Source of the DNA: Candidatus Saccharimonadota bacterium
Lineage (GTDB): Bacteria > Bacteroidota > Bacteroidia > Flavobacteriales > Blattabacteriaceae
Direction of reading: 5' to 3'
Length of the DNA: 32,000 nt
Assembly: GCA_029851105.1 (NCBI GenBank)
Contig: CP099822.1
Coordinates: forward strand, 1 to 32,000
Shown: piece after piece, positions 27,119 to 32,000 of the stretch
Position numbering within the stretch: position 1 is the first letter of the stretch
How the letters are laid out: every line of letters starts with the position of its first letter
The notes under the pieces: model-generated
What the model saw: only the letters and a program-made list of their open reading frames with translations
Database searches by the model: none
Told to the model about the DNA's origin: nothing
Translations under genes and position numbers: made by a program

Positions 27119-27758
27119 TTTAATTCTTTTAAATAAGATTGATTTTTTTAAAAAAAAATTTAATTATATTAAAAAAATTAATGATTATAAAAATTATAAT
27201 CATATTATATATTTATATGTAAAAAGTTATTTAAATTCTAAAAGATTAGGTAATAGTAAAACTAAAGAAAGAAGTGAAATAAAAGGTAGTACTAAAAAAA
27301 TACAAAAACAAAAAGGTACAGGTAATTCTAGAAAAGGTGATATTAAAAATCCTTTATTTAAAGGTGGTGGTAGAGTATTTGGTCCTAAAAAAAGAAATTA
27401 TAAAATAAAAATTAATAAAAATATTTTTAAAAATATAAAAAAAATTTTATTTTGTAAAAAAATTTTTAAAAAAAAAATTTTTCTTTTAAAAAAATTTAAA
27501 TTTTTATCTCATAAAACTAAATATTTTATTAATTTTTTTTTAAAAAAAAAAATTAAAATAAATAATAAAAAAAAAAAATTTTTAATTTTAACTGATAAAA
27601 TATATAAAAATTTATTAATTTCATCTAAAAATTTAAAAAATATTAATATAAATTGGATAAATAATATTAATTTATATAAAATATTAATATCAGATTATAT
27701 TATATTAATAGGTAATAATATAGATGAATATATATTAAATATAATTAAAAAAAAATGA
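27108..27758 (+). CDS. rplD: 50S ribosomal protein L4
   Basis: QKQKGTGNSRKGDIKNPLFKGGGRVFGPKKRNY. S10-operon order. Confidence 0.85.
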   Translation: MKNNLILLNKIDFFKKKFNYIKKINDYKNYNHIIYLYVKSYLNSKRLGNSKTKERSEIKGSTKKIQKQKGTGNSRKGDIKNPLFKGGGRVFGPKKRNYKIKINKNIFKNIKKILFCKKIFKKKIFLLKKFKFLSHKTKYFINFFLKKKIKINNKKKKFLILTDKIYKNLLISSKNLKNININWINNINLYKILISDYIILIGNNIDEYILNIIKKK

Positions 27759-28051
27759 AATTATTTATTAATCCATTAAAAACATTAAAATCATTTTTTT
27801 TATATAAAAAATATTATATATGTACTTTTATTTTAAATAAAAAAGGTTTTAATAAAATACAATTAAAAAAATATTTTTATATAAATTATTCTATAAAAAT
27901 TAATAAAATTAATATTATTAAAGTTAAAAAAAAATTTAAAAAAAAAAAAATAATAAAAAGTAAAATTAAAATTTTAACTAAAATAATTGTAAAATTTAAT
28001 AAAACTATATATAGTAAAAAATTTATAATAGAAAATAAAAAAAATGAATAA
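27755..28051 (+). CDS. rplW: 50S ribosomal protein L23 (diverged)
   Basis: Syntenic slot between rplD and rplB, right size (98 aa), weak L23 pattern. Confidence 0.7.
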   Translation: MKLFINPLKTLKSFFLYKKYYICTFILNKKGFNKIQLKKYFYINYSIKINKINIIKVKKKFKKKKIIKSKIKILTKIIVKFNKTIYSKKFIIENKKNE

Positions 28052-28781
28052 AAAATTAATTTTTGGTAAATGTAAAACAGGAGGTAGGAATAATAAAGGT
28101 AGAATAACTGTTAAATATATAGGAGGAGGTCATAAAAAAAAATATAGAATAATAGATTATAAAAGAAATAAATTAAATATAAAAGCTATTGTTAAAACAA
28201 TAGAATATGATCCTAATAGATCATCTTATATATCATTATTACATTATATAGATGGTGTTAAAAAATATATTTTATCAATAAAAGGATTAAAAATAGGTAA
28301 TATAATAATTTCATCTAAAAATAAATCATCTTTTCATTTAGGTGATACTGCACCTTTATTAATAATTCCTTTAGGTACTATAATATGTTGTATAGAAAAT
28401 ATTCCTGGTAGAGGAGCAATTTATTCTAGAAGTGCTGGTACTTATGCTAAAATAATATCTAAAGATAATAAATATGCTATTATAAAATTATCTTCTAACG
28501 AAAAAAAAATGATTTTATTAAATTGTATGGCTACTATAGGTAGTATATCTAATAATAATCATAAATTTAAAAAATTAAAAAAAGCTGGAATGAATAGATG
28601 GTTAGGTAAAAGACCTAGAACTAGAGGAGTAGCTATGAATCCTATTGATCATCCTATGGGTGGTGGTGAAGGTAAAGCATCAGGTGGTCATCCTAAAAAT
28701 AAAAAAGGAATATATTCAAAAGGGTTTAAAACACGTAAAAAAAAAAAAAAAACATCAAAATTTATTTTAAATAAAAAATAA
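28044..28781 (+). CDS. rplB: 50S ribosomal protein L2 (N-terminally short, 245 aa)
   Basis: [59 protein letters not shown]. Confidence 0.93.
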   Translation: MNKKLIFGKCKTGGRNNKGRITVKYIGGGHKKKYRIIDYKRNKLNIKAIVKTIEYDPNRSSYISLLHYIDGVKKYILSIKGLKIGNIIISSKNKSSFHLGDTAPLLIIPLGTIICCIENIPGRGAIYSRSAGTYAKIISKDNKYAIIKLSSNEKKMILLNCMATIGSISNNNHKFKKLKKAGMNRWLGKRPRTRGVAMNPIDHPMGGGEGKASGGHPKNKKGIYSKGFKTRKKKKKTSKFILNKK

Positions 28782-28782
28782 T

Positions 28783-29085
28783 ATGCCTAGATCTTTAAAA
28801 AAAGGACCTTATGTAGATTATAAATTATTAAAAAAAATAAGAAATAATAATTTAAATATTAAAAATAAAAAAAATATTAAAACATGGTCTAGATCTTCTG
28901 TAATTATACCTGAATTTATAGGTAATACTATTTTAGTACATAATGGTAAACAATTTATACCTGTATTTATAACAGAAGAAATGGTAGGTTATAAATTAGG
29001 AGAATTTTCACCTACTAGAATATTTAGAAGTCATTCTACTAGTAATAAAAATAAAAATAAAAATAAAAATAATATAAAAAAATAA
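28783..29085 (+). CDS. rpsS: 30S ribosomal protein S19 (with (NK)n tail)
   Basis: [66 protein letters not shown]. Confidence 0.93.
   Translation: MPRSLKKGPYVDYKLLKKIRNNNLNIKNKKNIKTWSRSSVIIPEFIGNTILVHNGKQFIPVFITEEMVGYKLGEFSPTRIFRSHSTSNKNKNKNKNNIKK
29044..29067 (+). repeat. (AATAAA)4 hexanucleotide tandem repeat encoding the NKNKNKNK tail of S19
   Basis: Read directly at the rpsS 3' end. Confidence 0.9.
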
Positions 29086-29088
29086 AAA

Positions 29089-29484
29089 ATGGGTAAAAGA
29101 AAAAAAAATAAATCTATAGAAATAAAAGAAAAAAAAAAAAAAAAATATTATTCTATAATAAAAAATTTAAAAATTTCTCCTAGAAAAATTAGACCTTTAA
29201 TAAATATTTTAAAAGGTAAAAATGTTTTTAATGCTATTGAAATATTAAAAAATTATATTAGTAATAAACAATCTAAAATTTTAATAAATTTAATATTATC
29301 TACTATTTCTAATTTTAGAATAAAAAAAAAAAAAAATGAAAATGAAAAATTTTTATATATACATAATATTATAGTAAATAGTTCAGGAATAATTAAAAGA
29401 ACTATATTTGCTCCTCAAGGTAGATTAAATAAAATAAGAAAAAGATTAAGTTTAATAAAATTAGAAATTAAAATAAAAAAATAA
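29089..29484 (+). CDS. rplV: 50S ribosomal protein L22
   Basis: NLKISPRKIRPLINILKGKNVFNAIEIL, FAPQGRLNKIRKR. S10-operon order. Confidence 0.8.
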   Translation: MGKRKKNKSIEIKEKKKKKYYSIIKNLKISPRKIRPLINILKGKNVFNAIEILKNYISNKQSKILINLILSTISNFRIKKKKNENEKFLYIHNIIVNSSGIIKRTIFAPQGRLNKIRKRLSLIKLEIKIKK

Positions 29485-30270
29485 ATGGGACAAAAATCAA
29501 ATCCTATTGCTAATAGATTAGGTATAATTTTTGGTTGGAAATCTTTATGGGTAAATAATTATAATTTATATATTATTGAAGATAATTTAATTAGAAATTA
29601 TATAAATAATAGATTTATAAACAAATATTGTATTTCTTCTATTATAATAGAAAGAATTAGAAATAAAACAATAATTACTATATGTACTTCTAAACCTGCT
29701 ATAGTAATAGGTAAAAAAGGTAATGAAGTAGATTTTTTAAAAAAAAAAATAAAAAAAATTATAATTAATAATTATTATAATAATAATTTAAATTTAAAAA
29801 ATAAAATTAATATTAATAATATTTTAATTTATATAAATGTAATAGATATTATTAATCCTGAAATAGATTCTTTATTAGTTGCTAAAAATATATGTAGACA
29901 AATAGAAAGTAGAATATCATATAAAAAATCTATTAAATTATCTATTATTACAGCTATAAAAAAAAAAGTAAAAGGTATAAAAATTAAAATTTCAGGTAGA
30001 TTAAATGGTAATGAAATGGCTAGAACTGAAACTTATAAAAAAGGTATTATTAAATTATCTACTTTTAGATCTAATATAGATTATGGATTTTATGAAGCTA
30101 ATACAACATATGGTAAAATAGGTATTAAAGTATGGATTATGAAAGGAGAGATATATGAAATTAAAAAAGATTTTACTAATTTTTATAAAAATTTTTTTAA
30201 AAAAAATGATAAATTTAAATTTTTTATAAAAAAAAAAAATGTCAAAAAAAATAAAAAAAAAATATTCTAA
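29485..30270 (+). CDS. rpsC: 30S ribosomal protein S3 (with internal N/I-rich insertion and long basic tail)
   Basis: [56 protein letters not shown]. Confidence 0.9.
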   Translation: MGQKSNPIANRLGIIFGWKSLWVNNYNLYIIEDNLIRNYINNRFINKYCISSIIIERIRNKTIITICTSKPAIVIGKKGNEVDFLKKKIKKIIINNYYNNNLNLKNKININNILIYINVIDIINPEIDSLLVAKNICRQIESRISYKKSIKLSIITAIKKKVKGIKIKISGRLNGNEMARTETYKKGIIKLSTFRSNIDYGFYEANTTYGKIGIKVWIMKGEIYEIKKDFTNFYKNFFKKNDKFKFFIKKKNVKKNKKKIF

Positions 30271-30658
30271 AAGACAAAAAGGTAGAATGAAAGGTTATTC
30301 TAATAGAGGTAATAAATTATATTTTGGTAAATATGGTATACAATCTATAGATAAACCTAAATATATTACTGAAAATCAAATAGAAGCAGCTAGAGTAGCT
30401 TGTACTAGATATATGAAAAGAGAAGGTAAATTATATATTAATATTTATCCTAATAAACCTATTACTAAAAAACCACAAGAAGTAAGAATGGGGAAAGGTA
30501 AAGGTAATGTAGAATATTTTGTAGCTATAGTTAAACCAGGTAAAATTTTATTTGAAATAAATGGTGTATCTAAAAAAGTTGCAATTGAAGCCTTAAGATT
30601 ATGTTCACAAAAATTACCTATTAAGGTAAAATATGTATTTTATAATGATTTTTTTTAA
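30239..30658 (+). CDS. rplP: 50S ribosomal protein L16
   Basis: [57 protein letters not shown]. Overlaps rpsC by 32 nt; a later start is possible. Confidence 0.93.
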   Translation: MSKKIKKKYSKRQKGRMKGYSNRGNKLYFGKYGIQSIDKPKYITENQIEAARVACTRYMKREGKLYINIYPNKPITKKPQEVRMGKGKGNVEYFVAIVKPGKILFEINGVSKKVAIEALRLCSQKLPIKVKYVFYNDFF

Positions 30659-30670
30659 ATTAATTAAATT

Positions 30671-30928
30671 ATGAAAAATAAAATTAAAATTAAAAAAAAA
30701 AAAGGTATTATTATAAGTGATAAAATGAATAAAACTAGAATAGTATATAATAATATTAAAATTAAACATAAAAAATATTATAAAACAATTTTTAGAAAAA
30801 AAAAATATTTTGTACATGATGAAAAAAATATTTCTAAAAAAGGTGATTTTGTAGAAATAATTAAAACTAGACCTTTAAGTAAAAAAAAATGTTGGGTAAT
30901 TAAAAAAATAATTAAAAAATTAAATTAA
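30671..30928 (+). CDS. rpsQ: 30S ribosomal protein S17
   Basis: GIIISDKMNKTRIV, YFVHDEKNISKKGDFVEIIKTRPLSKKKCW. Confidence 0.85.
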   Translation: MKNKIKIKKKKGIIISDKMNKTRIVYNNIKIKHKKYYKTIFRKKKYFVHDEKNISKKGDFVEIIKTRPLSKKKCWVIKKIIKKLN

Positions 30929-30934
30929 AAAAAA

Positions 30935-31303
30935 ATGTTACAACAAGAATCAAAATTAAAAGTTACTGATAATACTGGGGCAAAAGAAGTTTTATTAATA
31001 AGAATTTTAGGAGGATCAAATAAAAAATATGCTAGTATAGGTGATTTAATAGTAGTAACTGTTAAAAAAAATTTTATAAAAAGTAATATTAAAAAAGGAG
31101 AAATATATAAAGCTATAATAGTAAGAGTAAAAAAAAAAAAAAAAAGATTAGATGGTACTTATATATCTTTTGATGATAATGCTTGTATTTTATTAAATGA
31201 TAATAAAGAAATAAAAGGTACTAGAATATTTGGACCTGTAGCTAAAGAATTAAGATATAAAGGATATATGAAAATAATTTCTTTATCTAATTATGTTGTT
31301 TAG
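30935..31303 (+). CDS. rplN: 50S ribosomal protein L14
   Basis: MLQQESKLKVTDNTGAKEVLLIRILGG, DDNACILLN, GTRIFGPVAKELR. TAG stop. Confidence 0.95.
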   Translation: MLQQESKLKVTDNTGAKEVLLIRILGGSNKKYASIGDLIVVTVKKNFIKSNIKKGEIYKAIIVRVKKKKKRLDGTYISFDDNACILLNDNKEIKGTRIFGPVAKELRYKGYMKIISLSNYVV

Positions 31304-31330
31304 TATAATTTTAAATTATTAAAAAAAAAT

Positions 31331-31681
31331 ATGTTTAAATTAAAAAATGGAGATAAAGTAATAATAATAGCAGGTAAAGAAAAAGGTAAAAAAGGTAAAA
31401 TAATTAAAATTTTTAAAAAAAAAAGAAAAGTACATGTAAAAAATATTAATATAGTTAAAAAGCATTTTAAAAAAAAAAATATTAATATTAATAATAATAA
31501 TTATAAAATAATATTTAAAGAATCAAAAATAGATATTTCTAATGTTTCTATAGAAGATCCTATATTAAAATGTCCTACTAAAATTAAAATTAAAAAATTA
31601 AATAATGGTAATAAAATAAGAATTTGTAAAAAATCTAATACTATTTTAGTAGATAAAAAAAAAAAAATTAAATTAAATTAA
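31331..31681 (+). CDS. rplX: 50S ribosomal protein L24
   Basis: KLKNGDKVIIIAGKEKGKKGKIIKI (KOW motif). spc-operon order. Confidence 0.85.
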   Translation: MFKLKNGDKVIIIAGKEKGKKGKIIKIFKKKRKVHVKNINIVKKHFKKKNININNNNYKIIFKESKIDISNVSIEDPILKCPTKIKIKKLNNGNKIRICKKSNTILVDKKKKIKLN

Positions 31682-31684
31682 ATT

Positions 31685-32000
31685 ATGTATATACCTAGAT
31701 TAAAAAAAAGATATAAAATAAAAATTGTTAATTTTTTAATTAAAAAATTTAAATATAAAAATATTATGCAAGTACCTAAATTAATTAAAATTGTTATTAA
31801 TATAGGATTAGGTATAGCTATTAAAAATAAAAAATATTTATTTGATACAATGAAAGATTTAACATTAATAACAGGACAAAAATCTATTTATAGATTATCT
31901 AAAAAAGATGAAGCAGGATTTAAATTAAGAAAAGGTACTCCTATAGGTTGTATGGTAACTTTAAGAAAAAATATAATGTACGAATTTTTAGATAGACTAA
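31685..32000 (+). CDS. rplE: 50S ribosomal protein L5 (5' partial, runs off the window)
   Basis: Hand translation from ATG 31685 gives MYIPRLKKRYKIKIVNFLIKKFKYKNIMQVPKLIKIVINIGLG...ITGQKSIYRLSKKDEAGFKLRKGTPIGCMVTLRKNIMYEFLDRL. Not in the ORF track because no stop falls in the window. Confidence 0.9.
   Translation, partial: MYIPRLKKRYKIKIVNFLIKKFKYKNIMQVPKLIKIVINIGLGIAIKNKKYLFDTMKDLTLITGQKSIYRLSKKDEAGFKLRKGTPIGCMVTLRKNIMYEFLDRL

Noticed and set aside
30614-30817. 67-aa minus-strand ORF spanning the rplP/rpsQ junction
   Set aside because: I checked it as a possible displaced rpmC, but it is on the wrong strand, is F/I/N-rich, and has no L29-like helical pattern.
1-32000. Alternative genetic code (UGA = Trp), as used by several tiny symbionts
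   Set aside because: All proteins are full length under the standard code. Conserved Trp residues are TGG (for example the GSWLEF Trp at 3147..3149 on the minus strand). tRNA-Trp has anticodon CCA. TGA ends nusG, rsmA, sufD and rplD at sensible positions.
1-32000. CRISPR arrays, IS elements or transposases, integrases, toxin-antitoxin or defence genes, rRNA, tmRNA, RNase P RNA
   Set aside because: None were seen. Every ORF of about 60 aa or more is accounted for, and the spacers are at most 108 nt and nearly G/C-free, too short and too unstructured for such elements.

Overview
This window is an almost gap-free, extremely A+T-rich stretch of a highly reduced bacterial genome. By eye it is about 10-15% G+C (not counted), and most intergenic spacers contain no G or C at all.

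Gene content, gene order and several lineage markers point to a Bacteroidota (Flavobacteriales-derived) obligate insect endosymbiont. The markers are the RpoB block YYIDPP(K)Y, a DUF4290 protein, rpmB-rpmG followed by a possible DUF4295 remnant, and the layout tRNA-Thr/Tyr/Gly-tuf-tRNA-Trp-nusG-rplKAJL-rpoB. This assignment cannot be verified without a database search.

Everything here is core information processing and maintenance:
- Minus strand: rpoB, rplL/J/A/K, nusG, tuf and four tRNAs.
- Then leuS, ruvC (-), lon, metG, rsmA, a HisH-like amidotransferase relic, sufBCDS, rpmG/rpmB (-), DUF4290, tRNA-Val and map.
- Then the str/S10/spc ribosomal block, rpsL through a partial rplE.

The standard genetic code applies: Trp is TGG, tRNA-Trp has anticodon CCA, and TGA is used as a stop.

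I see no mobile elements, CRISPR arrays, defence or secretion loci, or any unexplained multi-gene system. The interesting signals are signatures of extreme genome erosion:
- rpoB is interrupted by a +1 frameshift at the only C6 run in the window.
- The class-I amidotransferase ORF has its catalytic Cys and His replaced.
- LeuRS has an eroded CP1 editing domain.
- rpmC, secE and the tuf-proximal tRNA-Thr are missing from conserved syntenic slots.
- A16-A19 homopolymers sit inside essential genes.
- There are 14 gene overlaps.

Four ORFs in the track are antisense artefacts, and the leuS ORF start is over-extended across a tRNA.
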